From positions 10,501,160-10,565,159 of the forward strand of contig NC_047064.1 of NCBI RefSeq assembly GCF_902459465.1: a DNA stretch of 64,000 nucleotides, written 5' to 3'. Positions 35,921-47,010 of the stretch are shown here, piece after piece (position 1 is the stretch's first letter; the number at the start of each line of letters is the position of its first letter). Position numbers and translations under genes: made by a program. This DNA comes from Asterias rubens (lineage: Eukaryota). The notes under the pieces were generated by a model. The model was not told where the DNA came from and did not search any database. It was given only the letters and a program-made list of their open reading frames with translations.

Positions 35921-36379
35921 CTGCAGACATAAACACAATTGGTATTAACAGATGTTAACCCCAAATTATCCACAGCAATCCAATAACATTGATCAATAGA
36001 TGCTGATGGATAACAAATATTCATAGCCAGTTTCAAATAAAGTGAGCACCTTGTACATGTACACACTTAAATAAACACAATAAAAAAGGTTATCAATGTC
36101 TTGCTGAATGTATGCAAAGTAGCAATTGGGATTTTAACAAAAACAAATCAATGGTTTTATTAAACTAGAACTCCTTAAAGTAATAAAAAGAGCTTTTTGG
36201 ATGAACTGACCAGAAGAATACACAGGCAGGCCCCAAACAGAAAATATTATGTGGTTGGCATTTGTGGAGGCCTTAAAGCTGTCACAAAGAGAGTATCTAA
36301 AGGTTTGGTCTTACTTCATTGTGTAGAATTTGTTCTTTGGATGGGTGGCAGTTATGCGCAAATGTTCCTCTTGACTTAC

Positions 36380-36507
36380 AATTGTTGAACGAGGTACTTT
36401 TGCTGATCAGGATGGTGAAAGCTGGCGAGGTTTGCTCCCATGTTAATACACTGTCGATTTGCCTCATCCCACGTCACCATGTCTGAATCGGACTGGAACT
36501 CAAATAT
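36380..36507 (-). CDS. exon: CTLD7 N-terminal part (continues from previous exon)
   Basis: IFEFQSDSDMVTWDEANRQCINMGANLASFHHPDQQKYLVQQ; acceptor tgtttccag|, donor CAATT|gtaagt; phase 0 in, 2 out. Confidence 0.65.
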
Positions 36508-36554
36508 CTGGAAACAACAAATATCACCCACATTTAAAAAAACTATCTTGAACT

Positions 36555-36685
36555 CCTTAGTTATCAAAATGTCACTGTGGTCCAGTGGTTAGGCTGCAGG
36601 ACCTGCAATCAAAAGGTTGTGGGTTCGAAGGACCTGCAATCAAAAGGTTGTGGGTTCGAATCCCCCAGCTAACCGCTGATTTCAC
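36555..36685 (+). mobile_element. tRNA-like SINE head with internal 31-bp duplication
   Basis: gtcactgtggtccagtggttaggctgcaggacctgcaatcaaaaggttgtgggttcgaa ggacctgcaatcaaaaggttgtgggttcgaatcccccagctaaccgctgatttcacaatgac. Confidence 0.4.
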
Positions 36686-37324
36686 AATGACTAGAATAAA
36701 TATTGTCATCTAGTTCCTGAATCACAGTTTCTTGATTTGTGCAATTCATAATCATAGACATTAAACCAATGTTTATACGAGAGAGATTAGCTGTTTCCTT
36801 TGACAGATGAGAATTTTTTCAAGAATTTTGTACAAATAGAAGTTTAAGAAGAAGACCCCCCGTTTTGTCTCCCTATTCATTGTTTATCCCTTGCTTATTT
36901 CTGACTCTCTCTCTCTCTATTCATGTACTTCCACCCGACTACTTATGTTACACTTAGTTACCTGTTCACGTTTGTTGCGTTGTCAACTTCGAGAAAGACT
37001 CTGTTAGGGCTGAAACTATTATTTGCATTTATACCATGGGTCCTTTTGGTTGGTAAGTTGTTTGCAACAGCTAATTCTGCACAAAACATAGGATTCAAAC
37101 TGCCTCTAGCCACCGGGCAATCTCGTGGGGGGGGGGTCTAGTTGGTACAACACTGCTCTAGAATTGCAAAGGTCATGGGTTTGAATCCCACCCGAGTATT
37201 ATGCCTGTGATATTTTTCACAGGACTCGGGAAAGTACTGAGTATACAGTGCTAACACACATTGGTGTATACAGGTAAAAACCAAAATGAATATCCTTTAT
37301 TCCTGATGCAAATTTAACATCAAT

Positions 37325-37505
37325 TAAAACAGCCGTCGATTTCACAAAACTCTTCCCAACTTAAGACTAATCTTAGAACATAGGATGAGTCCCAACCCTA
37401 CACTGTAACATGCAGACCTTAAGATTAATCCTAAGTTAGGAAGAGTTACTCGTCCTAACTCGAGATAAGACAAGTCCTAACTCTTTGTGAAATCGACGGC
37501 AGCTA
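37325..37505. mobile_element. MITE family E copy (complete, both TIRs)
   Basis: cagccgtcgatttcacaaaactcttcccaacttaagactaatcttagaacataggatgagtcccaaccctacactgtaacatgcagaccttaagattaatcctaagttaggaagagttactcgtcctaactcgagataagacaagtcctaactctttgtgaaatcgacggcagc. Confidence 0.6.
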
Positions 37506-37565
37506 ATTCTATTTTCTCAAGAAGATTCGATCTCACAGGAAAAAACAAAATCTTTTAAAGCTAAC

Positions 37566-37777
37566 CCTGAAGCATTGTGTTCCATAGCCCGTCCATCCAT
37601 CTTGGCAGTCAGTGTCCGATGGTTGGGTAGGTGTGATGGCAGGAGGTGGGGTCAGAGGTGGTTGACCATTCCCAGCTTTCTCACAGATGTAACGACGTTT
37701 CACACTGCAATCCCTATCTGTCCAGTAGCCAGCATCCATGCCGGAGTTCATTGTTACACAGTTACCGGCTTGATCAT
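37566..37777 (-). CDS. exon: CTLD6 C-terminus + Pro/Thr linker + start of CTLD7
   Basis: D-DQAGNCVTMNSGMDAGYWTDRDCSVKRRYICEKAGNGQPPLTPPPAITPTQPSDTDCQDGWTGYGTQCFR; acceptor tttctacag|, donor TTCAGG|gttagc; phase 1 in, 0 out. Confidence 0.7.
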
Positions 37778-38190
37778 CTGTAGAAATAAACAATCATCAG
37801 AGTTATAAGAAGGATTTGAAACTTTACATGGTGGAAGATTGAACAAGAGAGGTTTGCGGAAACACCACGTGAGAATCTCTTTTTAGTAGTGTTGGTTAAT
37901 CAAGAGGAACCAGTGGTTAACACCTCAACGTTTCAATCAGTATGCTCTGATCGTCTTCAGGAGAATGCTCGACTCTGCTGCTTAAGTACTGCCTAGTAAC
38001 TGGTAGCAACTATGCAAAAGAGATTTTAACATGGCGTTACTGAAAACCTCACTTAGTTACATGATGTTACCCGCAAGCTGTTTTAGAACTACAATTAAAA
38101 ACTTGTTTTAGGGGTGAAACTGTTTGAAAAAATCATATCTGTTGAAATTAAATCTAAAAGACTAAATGATAATATAGTGTTGACTCTGAC

Positions 38191-38339
38191 CAGGTTGTCC
38201 TTCAGCCCAGTTGGTGTAGGTGACTGAAGATCCATCCATCCACTCATAGAGTCCTGGTGTTTTACTGTCGCTGAAACCGATGAAGAAATCATCGCCATTC
38301 TCCATTCCCAGCTGAGCACTCAGGAAAGACAACTCATAC
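38191..38339 (-). CDS. exon: CTLD6 middle part
   Basis: K-YELSFLSAQLGMENGDDFFIGFSDSKTPGLYEWMDGSSVTYTNWAEGQP; acceptor (caaa)n..tgttacag|, donor CCTG|gtcaga (weak); phase 2 in, 1 out. Confidence 0.6.
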
Positions 38340-39408
38340 CTGTAACAAAAAAACAAACAAACAAACAAACAGATGCTCTAAATAAACAAGGTAGTGTTTT
38401 CATCCCGATACAAATTGTATTGCTTGCCAAATTCACTCTTGGGTTAATCTGGGACAGTTAACTGAACGCTGAGCTGTATGTTTCATTCAAGAATATTACA
38501 TGACAAAGCAGTCTGAGCCGAGCACATGCGAAAGATAACTCATACCTTTAAAAGAAAAAAGGCAGTTGCTCTTAATAACAAATTTCTAAAGCTCTTTTGA
38601 CACTACTCTGCCTAGGGTCGCCCCAGGGAATAACAGCCAGCCTTTTCATCACACTAAAGCACCTTTCATACTTATAGCCCTATATAGGACTCTTCCTCTG
38701 TACACAGATACAGAGTCCTAAGTATGAAGGCCCGTTTCTAGGGCGGAAAATTTTCAAAGCCTCATAACTCAAATCTTACCTGCAACAAGCCACTAATTTC
38801 AACAGAATCACATTCTATGGCGGCATACATTTTTCTGTAGTGGGTTTTGGTCCTCATGTATTCCTCACAAGTCCGTCATTTTCTTGAAATAATGCAGCTC
38901 CCAACATTAAAAAATTCCCGTTTTGATCGTTTTCTCGATCAATACTAGTGGGAAATGAAAGCGAGTTTTGCTTACCCCAGTTTATGTCTTGCAAACGGCA
39001 GACAGTACAAATTTACCCCCTAATGTGAAACATGCGCCGGGGTAACCGTGGGGTAAAAAAAGTCCTGCGGCCTCCCTAGTACTGTATTCCACAGTATGAA
39101 AATTGGGTTTAAGTCACTTTCCAGTTTCACTCGGGGTCATTTTTCATTCTGGGATTGTTCAAGAACAGTTAACTGACAGCTGAGTTGTGTGTTTACATTG
39201 AAGAAAATCAGACTTATCACTTTTACTTTTTTTTTTTCCTTGTAATTGCATAGCTCAAGAGCTGTTTTAATGTTTTACTGATTTATCAGTATGCAAGCAT
39301 TTGAACTACTCCTATTTGATCTAGGAAAGAGTAGTTGAATTAAATTGAAATTGAATTCAATATGAATCTATAGAGTGTATTTCAAACAGTTGATCAGTGC
39401 ATATTTAC

Positions 39409-39524
39409 TTGTCTTCAATGATGACCAGTCGACCACCAGCATTCTTGCATTGAGTACCAGCATCAGTCCATGTAGCCTTGGTAGAGTCCATCTTGTAGCA
39501 CACATCATTCCAGCCTGTCCAGCC
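39409..39524 (-). CDS. exon: CTLD6 N-terminal part
   Basis: GWTGWNDVCYKMDSTKATWTDAGTQCKNAGGRLVIIED; acceptor attgttgccag|, donor GACAA|gtaaat; phase 0 in, 2 out. The first Cys of the domain is in the preceding exon. Confidence 0.65.
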
Positions 39525-39594
39525 CTGGCAACAATTGATCAAGTACAGTTAATTTTAGTTATCAATATAAACCACTAGGGAAACTGACTGGCTA

Positions 39595-39790
39595 AATTTT
39601 TAAATGATTTTTAGGGTTGAACAAAGAGTTGACTAGAGTGGGATTAGAACCAATGACCTCCGGATTAATGTGCCAGCGCTCTACCAACTGAGCTATCTAG
39701 CACTATGTTTGCAGTGTCCCTATTTTGTCAGGATCTTTGTTCGAGGGTGCCAGTCAGAATTTTAGTGATCATTTTATTTATTCTGGTTTC
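39595..39790 (-). mobile_element. tRNA-derived SINE family D copy
   Basis: The reverse complement reads gtgctagatagctcagttggtagagcgctggcacattaatccggaggtcattggttctaatccc (tRNA-like, but the anticodon stem does not pair) followed by ..ctggcaccctcgaacaaagatcctgacaaaatagggacactgc. Related copies at 43655..43870 and 45470..45720, plus a fragment at 45740..45790. Confidence 0.5.
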
Positions 39791-40574
39791 GAAGCCAAGG
39801 ACTCTCGGAAAAGCCAAAGAACCCAATGGAGAGAAGACAAGGAAGTAACAGTTTTAGATGTTGGAGGTAAACCCCAGAGAAATATTCCAGGGAAAACCTA
39901 CGCAGTCAGGTAGGTACTTCAAACCCAATCCCTGGGAACCTACAGCTTAATGTCTCATGACAAAGCAACTATGGTAAAATTGCTCGAGGACATAAAAGCC
40001 ACGACCGAGACTCAAACCCTCACTCTGCTATTAACAGAAACCACTCAGCCGAAGACAAGCCACTTCACGCAGAGTGAATTATGTGACGCAAATAATCAGG
40101 TACGCAAGGAAGTGTGCGTCGCTTTTGCAGTTCATATGAAGTATAACCCTGTAAGCTTTATGAATAAATCTCAAAGACATCATCAGGTTAAGGGTTTAAA
40201 TCTGTATCTACTCTAGTAGACAGCTCTGTACGTTGTTTGAAGCTTTGCATTGTGAGAAAAATAACAAGTAATAATAAAAGTAATGATAACAACCAGTTTT
40301 GATATAGCGCTTATCACACAAGGGCATCTAAGCTCCCTTTGCAACAACTATGGGCAACTAAGCTAAATCAATCACAAGAACCATCTCTGCCCTCACAGGT
40401 ACCCAATTACCCATGGGTGGAGAGAAGCAATCATAGTTAAATGTCTTGCTCAGGGACACAAGTGTCATGACCGGGACTTGAACCCACAATCTGCAGAACA
40501 GAAGCACCAAAGCTTGAGTTTGGTGCTCTTATCCACTCGGCCACGACACCCTAAGTAACTATAACTAGTAAACT

Positions 40575-41010
40575 TGCGGGTACAACCATGTGTAAAATCT
40601 CTTTGTGTCGTGGCCGAGCGGTTAAGAGCATCGAATTCAAACTCTGGTGTTTCTGATCAGCAGAGTGTGGGTTCGAATCCCCAGCCGTGACACTTGTGTC
40701 CTTAAGCTAGACACTTAACCATTGCTTCGTCCTTCTGATGGGACGTAAAGGGACGTAACGCATGTAAAAGAACCCAGTGCACTTAATCGAAAAGAGAAGG
40801 GGTTCGCCCCAGTGTTCCTGGCTGTGGCTGCTGTATGCGTCGTAGCACCTTGTATTATAAGGTGCATAATAATTGGGTCTCAAAATTCATCACTGCAATT
40901 GCCTATCTTTCTGAAAGTTTATATATACTCAGCGCCTTGAGTATATTGTTTGGTAGATACGTGCGCTATATAAGACTTTGATATTATTATTATTATTATT
41001 ATTTCAAAGG
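40575..41010 (+). mobile_element. SINE family A copy (complete), head-to-head with a SINE family B copy at 40262..40557
   Basis: gtgtcgtggccgagcggttaagagcatcgaattcaaactctggtgtttctgatcagcagagtgtgggttcgaatccccagccgtgacacttgtgtcc .. gcgctatataagactttgatattattattattattatt. Lies 35 bp from the donor of exon 41046..41153. Confidence 0.6.
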
Positions 41011-41045
41011 AGTGTTGGTTCTGAAAAAGAGCTGTGTATACTTAC

Positions 41046-41153
41046 AGTTGGGCATGTTGCGGCTGGCAAGTGTACTGGGTTACCAGAAGAGAGAGGCTTC
41101 TTACAGATGGAGCTGTAGGTGTATCCTTTACAATTCAAGTCATTCCAGTAACC
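41046..41153 (-). CDS. exon: CTLD5 C-terminal part + linker
   Basis: GYWNDLNCKGYTYSSICKKPLSSGNPVHLPAATCPT; acceptor ttgacag|, donor CCAACT|gtaagt; phase 0 in, 0 out. Confidence 0.65.
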
Positions 41154-41229
41154 CTGTCAAATAGTAATTCCAAACATGTATAATCATTTAATAGTAGGGA
41201 TAATATGCACATATTGACTGGCAATGAGG

Positions 41230-41595
41230 TCATTAAAAACACTGGACACTATTGGTAATTATCAAAGTGTATCTAATGCATAAAATAACAAATCTGTGAA
41301 AATTTGAGCTCAACTGGTCGTCAAAGTTGCGAGATAATAATAGAAGAAAAAAACACTGTTGTCACACGAACTTGTGTGCTTTCAGATGCTTGATTTCGAG
41401 ACCTCAAAATCTAATGTTGAGGTCACGAAATTAAATTTGTGGAAAACTACTTCTTTCTTGAAAACTACGTTACTTCAGAGGGAGATGTTTCTCACAATGT
41501 TTTACACTATCAACAGCTCCCCATTACTTGTTACCAAGTAAGGTTTTATGCGAATAATTATTTTGAGTAATTACCAATAGTGTCCACTGCCTTTA
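41230..41595. mobile_element. MITE family F copy
   Basis: ..aaaaacactggacactattggtaattatcaaagtgtatctaatgcataaaataacaaatctgtgaaaatttgagctcaactggtcgtcaaagttgcgagataataatagaag .. cttgatttcgagacctcaaaatctaatgttgaggtcacgaaattaaa .. gtaattaccaatagtgtccactgcctttaaag. Confidence 0.55.
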
Positions 41596-42235
41596 AAGCC
41601 ACTCCTATTCCCCCCAAGGACTATGAGAGACCATAAAGAGGGACCTATTTCCCCCCAGGGCCGAAGACCCAGAGAAAAAGGTCCCTCTTCTGGCCACTCA
41701 CAGGCCAGAGGAGGGATAGACGTGCATTATTAACTGAATTATGCCAGTCCATATGTGTTTTATAACACACCTCTGTTTAACGTGAAATAGGAAAAGAACA
41801 TGTTCAGGGTTTTACTAGACTGTTTAAATTCAACAATTAATCCATGGGCAATCGAATCAAAATATTTAATTAAAAAAAGGAGCTAATTTAATTTTTTATA
41901 AAGTTTTTGAGTTGCTGTCCACGGTTCACATCATGAGAGGGCGCTGTAACCAGTCAAAAATGTTAAGTCTATTGCCTGCTCCAGGAACTTTTTCCTGCAA
42001 AATATGCGCACACTAAGTATTGTCTAGTTCACAGTGGCGTAAATCACATGCACTATTTTAATTCAGCCCCCGTTACTGTGTTTCAGCCAACCAGAATACA
42101 GAACAAGCAACAGGTGTGTTTATAAAGAATATTAATGTTTGGTTTTGTATACCAATATGTGTTCACACTGTATACTCAGTACTTTCCCATTGGAATTAAT
42201 CATTGATGAAAAGTGATATAAATAGTGTTTCTTAC

Positions 42236-42393
42236 AATGTCAATGTACATCTCGACGCAATCTTCACCGTTGGCATCGTTGGGTTCATGGGCATACCAGT
42301 TGGTGTAGGTCACCGGAGTACCATCGGACCATTCATACAGCATCTCTGTCTTCTTGTCATTCAGACCGATCCAGTAGCGAGTGATGGTCTTTG
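42236..42393 (-). CDS. exon: CTLD5 middle part (EPN)
   Basis: T-KTITRYWIGLNDKKTEMLYEWSDGTPVTYTNWYAHEPNDANGEDCVEMYIDI; acceptor ttctcaacag|, donor GACATT|gtaaga; phase 1 in, 0 out. Confidence 0.7.
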
Positions 42394-42414
42394 CTGTTGA
42401 GAACAACAAGGATA

Positions 42415-42770
42415 TCAGATGATAATAATAATAATAAGTTCTTATATAGCGCATTTTACAATAACCGTCTCAATAAACTTTACATTAGTGCCCTGGTCAT
42501 TGCGCCAAAAACATTCCTGTTATCTTTCTCAGCTCCCTTGGGAGTATACAACCTGGGCTACCGTAGCGCTCCAAATGCTTTTTCATACACAATATCAACC
42601 TCTACCTTTGGAGGTACCCAATTATACCCCTAGGTGAACAAAAGCAATTATAGTTAAGTGTTTTTGCTCAAGGACACAATTGTCGTGACTTGGATTCAAA
42701 CCCACATTCCAATAACTTAACCACCAAAACTTGAATTTGATGCTCTTAACCACTCGGCCACAACCTAACT
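42415..42770 (-). mobile_element. SINE family B copy
   Basis: ataataataataagttcttatatagcgcattttacaataaccgtctcaataaactttacattagtgccctggtcattgcgcc .. gtcgtgacttggattcaaacccacattccaataacttaaccaccaaaacttgaatttgatgctcttaaccactcggccacaac. Confidence 0.55.
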
Positions 42771-42869
42771 TGCACAATTTATTTTTAACTGATTAGGGGT
42801 CTCTAATGGAGAAAGGGGTTACTTAAAATTCAACTTTTGTTTGCAGTACTACTTTTTTGAAATACTTAC

Positions 42870-43088
42870 TTTTTTCATAGATGTTAGCCCTCAGGAAGTT
42901 ATTGGCGTTCATATCTAAAATGGAAGCCATTTCAGCTCCTTGATTCTTGCAGGCTTTCTCTGCCTCAGCGAACTCCAGTATGGCTAGATTGGCAAAGTAG
43001 CAGAACCCCTTGTATCGACCCCAACCTTTGGGGCATCCCATGTCGGCACCAGGAGCTTTAGTTGGTATTGGAACTGCCACAGAGAAAT
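42870..43088 (-). CDS. exon: linker + CTLD5 N-terminal part
   Basis: D-FSVAVPIPTKAPGADMGCPKGWGRYKGFCYFANLAILEFAEAEKACKNQGAEMASILDMNANNFLRANIYEK; acceptor ttttggcag|, donor GAAAAAA|gtaagt; phase 1 in, 1 out. Confidence 0.7.
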
Positions 43089-44343
43089 CTGCCAAAAAGA
43101 AACACAGATAAAATATTATTATGTAGTCCGCCAGCACACCCTACTCGATTTCACAAAGATCTAAGATTGATCATAACTGCAAATCAAGCGTAGTTGCTGA
43201 GAACAGTGTGACATCACAATACAAATCTGGCAAAAAGAAACACAGATAAAATATTATTATGTTGTCCGCCAGCACACCCTACCCTTAATCAAATCTTTTC
43301 TGTCTTCTATGAAGGCAACCAGTTCTGGGCCCAATTTCATGGCTCTGCTTACCGTTACCAAAGAATCAGTGCTTACTGAAGCAGGAAATTCCCCCCTTAC
43401 GCCAAGCAAATTTCACAGGTTCACATTTTTGCTTGTGTGCTTGCGTACTCCACGTTACTGAGCATTGTTTGCGTAACAAGCTATAGCGCAGAAGATCGAC
43501 ACCCGCACAGTAAGCAGAGAGTGGTAATTGCAAGCATAAAAATAAGTGGTAAGCAGAGCCCTGATAAATAGGGCCCTGTTGTGGTCTCCGCACCAGTATC
43601 ACACCAGAGGACACCTACATAGCCAGTCCTCTGTCTGCTGTCAGCCTTACCCCATGAGTTGATTCCCACAAGAAAAAATTACCAGAGCGGGATTTAAACC
43701 AACAACCTCTGGAATGCTGTACCTGCGCTCTACAAACTGAGCTATCATGCCCTACGTTGGCGGTCTCCCTAATTTGTCACAACTTTGTTCAGGGGTGCCA
43801 GTCAAAAGCCATATAACCGCCAACTGCCGTGTAGCCCGGGATCACATCCAAGTTTATGCTACAACCAGGGAAGCGGCAAACTGGGAAATCTCCTTATAAA
43901 GGGGATGCTTATTTCTATTTCAGATATCAAATATTACACCACAAGAGAAACCGACTGATTTTCAGTAATTTTGGGTCATTCTGTGTGGCTGCTCCACGAG
44001 TTTGGAACACTCTCACATCCCTGTAGTGCATCAAGTCCAGTTTTAAAGACATATTTGTTCAAGCATTCTTTCTAATTCTGATTCAGTATCATGTTTTCTG
44101 TGTTATAATGGACCATTAATTTCCTCTATGTGCGACTTGGGTGTCTTTATCGACAGATATGTGCGTAGTATAAGTAAACTATTATTGAACAAAGACAACA
44201 AAATCACAGGTAAGCTGCGTAGTATTTAAAAAAAAAAAAGAGAATTTGACTAAAATGTTTGTTAAAAAAATCAGTGATAGGTCACTTTTAGGAAGAATTT
44301 AGACAATCCTTTGTTAAAACCAATCTGTTTTTATATTGCCTAC

Positions 44344-44589
44344 CTCTCTCATAGTAGTCAAAGTGCTGCGATTCAAACGATGGTACAAGTCCTCCCGCCA
44401 CGTTCTTGTCGGTCTTACTGAGGTAGCATGTCATCTTGTTGCGTTCGTAGTCAAATGAGCGACAGGTGAAGTCTGTTTCGGTGACGCAGCGTCTTGCGCA
44501 CTCACTCGGAAAGATGTTCTTCAGCGTCTTGTCGTCGTTTCCAAGGAGCTGCTTCTCGGGGAATGAGATGTAATACTTGAAGATGTAAT
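44344..44589 (-). CDS. exon: PAN/apple-like domain (single-exon module between CTLD4 and CTLD5)
   Basis: D-YIFKYYISFPEKQLLGNDDKTLKNIFPSECARRCVTETDFTCRSFDYERNKMTCYLSKTDKNVAGGLVPSFESQHFDYYER; 4-Cys pattern C-x3-C-x7-C-x(10-11)-C with F/Y-rich flanks typical of PAN_1; acceptor cttactctag|, donor GAGAG|gtaggc; phase 1 in, 1 out, a symmetric module. Confidence 0.6.
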
Positions 44590-45177
44590 CTAGAGTAAGG
44601 GAAGACAATGATCAGGGCGGATCAGGCGGCAGTCCAACTTTTTCAACATTTCGGACTTCACAATGCCCATCCCTGTTAAATACTGTTAAGTATTAACAGT
44701 TACTAATAGTTTTAGTTAATTACTTAGCCCTGGCGACCTTACACTTTCGTATTATACTACAGTGACGTCCTGGATATCAGGGTCCATTTCTGGGGCGGAA
44801 AATTTTCAAAGCTTCATAACTCAAAGCTTCCTGCAAGAAGCCACCAATTTCAACAGATTCACATTAACTGGCAGCATACATTTTTCGGCGGTGGGTTTTG
44901 GTCGTCATATGTTCCTCACAAAAAAAAATCCCGTTTTTGATCGTATTCTCACAGTCTGCCGTGCGTACACAAGATGCAAATATCGTGCATTTCGTTTGCG
45001 TGTTAACGCTGGCAGTCAAGATATTACATGAACTTATACCCGTACACACAGCAGCAGAGAACACAGTGGGAATATGATCAAAACAGGAATTTTTTAACGC
45101 TGAGAGCTACATTATTAAATAGACCAGGTGGGCAGTGTTCACAGCAACTCAAGAAAAACCAGAAACGGAGCATTTAC

Positions 45178-45303
45178 CATCACGATTGCAGCTGTACCCT
45201 AAACCACTTTCACAGTAGTTATCGTTCCACGTTCCAATGCTATTGTAAAACTGGCAGCAGTGTTCACCAGTGCTGGAGCCACCAAACCAGTTATCTGGCT
45301 GAC
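45178..45303 (-). CDS. exon: CTLD4 C-terminal part (QPD + WND)
   Basis: G-QPDNWFGGSSTGEHCCQFYNSIGTWNDNYCESGLGYSCNRD; acceptor atgttcag|, donor TGATG|gtaaat; phase 1 in, 1 out. Confidence 0.7.
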
Positions 45304-46402
45304 CTGAACATGAACAATGAATAGAGGATTTACAGATCAGTTATTTCTTATTTGAGTTGAATCTTTTCTTTTTCCAAATGATTATATTTCAGCCTATTTG
45401 AGCAGTTGTCAGTGCTTATAGCTTTCATATAATCCCTGCAGTGTCACGTATTAAGTAAATGTGTTGGGCACACATTATGGGGTTCAACACAGACAAATTG
45501 ACTAAAGCAGAATTTGAACCGATGACCTCCGGATTAACTAACCAACTGAGCTAGCACCAACTTGGCATGTCTCCCTATAATGTCAATATGTTTATTCTGG
45601 GGTGCCAGTCAGAGACTGTTCAACCTGTCAGTGCCGTGAGCCAGTGATCACACCCAAGTTTACAATACAATCTGGGAAGAGGCAGCCAGGGGATCACCTT
45701 AAAGGGGGATGCAACTTTTAAATCATTTGGGATTGAACAGAGAAAACTTTACTAAAGCAGGATTTGAACCAATGACCTCAGATTAAAAATTATTTATATT
45801 CACCCATTTCACTTAAAGCCACATAACAAAAAAATTGTTGATCGTCCTTTTTTTTTGCGGATAGGGGAAGGAGGGAGGTTTTTTAATTTTTTTAAAAAAA
45901 GTTTTGTTGACATGCCAAATATGAAATCAAGAATAAAGAAATCATCACAATCACTACAAAACAGAGGTTTTTTTGTTGTTGTTGATGTTTTCAATAGTTT
46001 TGTCAAACAAATTTAACTCCTAGATGACATTTTCTGTAAACCTTTTCAAACAACTAAGCACAGTGTAGCCCAAGTAAATATTTGAAGATTTGTTCTTGCT
46101 TTGCCAACATGAATAAAAAACCTTCTTTAAACATCTTTTAAAACCTGTACATTTTGAAAAAAAACTCAGCTGAAAAATTTGGGCAGTAAAAGTATAAAGA
46201 GATATCCAGACATGGGAAGAAAGAAAAAATAAAATAAATAAAAATGGGTCGTGGGTTTTGAAGGGTCGGGCGGGGACGATCAACAATGTTTGTTTTTTTA
46301 TGTGGCCTAAATTTAAATGCTTTTACTAACTGTTTGACTGTTAAGCGCTTTGATGCTTGCACAAAGCGCTCTATAAACCCATTAGTATTATAATTAACCT
46401 AC

Positions 46403-46519
46403 CTGGATTCCAGTCAATGAATACAAACGGTTTCTTGTCAGTCCAGACCCATCCTCCTTCTACTCCGAGGTCATTACATCCAAGCCATGAAATACTCTCT
46501 GTGCTCGTTTTCAAACGAC
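46403..46519 (-). CDS. exon: CTLD4 middle part
   Basis: S-RLKTSTESISWLGCNDLGVEGGWVWTDKKPFVFIDWNP; acceptor gtttaaacag|, donor ATCCAG|gtaggt; phase 1 in, 1 out. Confidence 0.65.
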
Positions 46520-46640
46520 CTGTTTAAACAAATTACAACCAAGATAAAATACGATCAGAATGATAATCCTGTGGTCAATTGCATGGCATTGCTCAACTAC
46601 TGTCAATGAAAAGTCAGTGCTCAAAACCCAAGGCACACTA

Positions 46641-47010
46641 GAGGTTAAGCTTGGGCGATATCTCGATATTATCAAATATCGCGATACTAACTTGAAAACG
46701 ATTTCGATATCGGATCGATTTGGTTTTTATCGATATATCTATATATTGCGATATATCGCGATATCGATTAATTATCGCAATATCGGGATGTATTTTCTAG
46801 CTGAGACATCATGCACCCCATAGATTTTGAGTAAAACCAGAAGAATAGGTCATTAGAACACCTCTCTTATGCTGTGACTGTCTCTTCTACAACTTTCACT
46901 TGGAGTTTTAAGACTGATGATGTCAAATTTAACTAATCGCGATTATATCGAATATCGCGATATATTGCAGGCGATATATCGTGAATAAAATAAATCGATA
47001 TCGCCCAAGC
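46641..47010. mobile_element. MITE family J copy
   Basis: aagcttgggcgatatctcgatattatcaaatatcgcgatactaac .. cgtgaataaaataaatcgatatcgcccaagctt. Confidence 0.6.

Noticed and set aside
39630-39705. tRNA-like sequence (reverse complement gtgctagatagctcagttggtagagcgctggcacattaatccggaggtcattggttctaatccc) as a possible tRNA gene; similar at 43680..43750, 45500..45560, 36560..36660, 10850..10930
   Set aside because: Anticodon and T stems do not pair. The sequences recur with SINE bodies attached (family D/C/E heads). These are tRNA-derived SINE heads, not functional tRNA genes.
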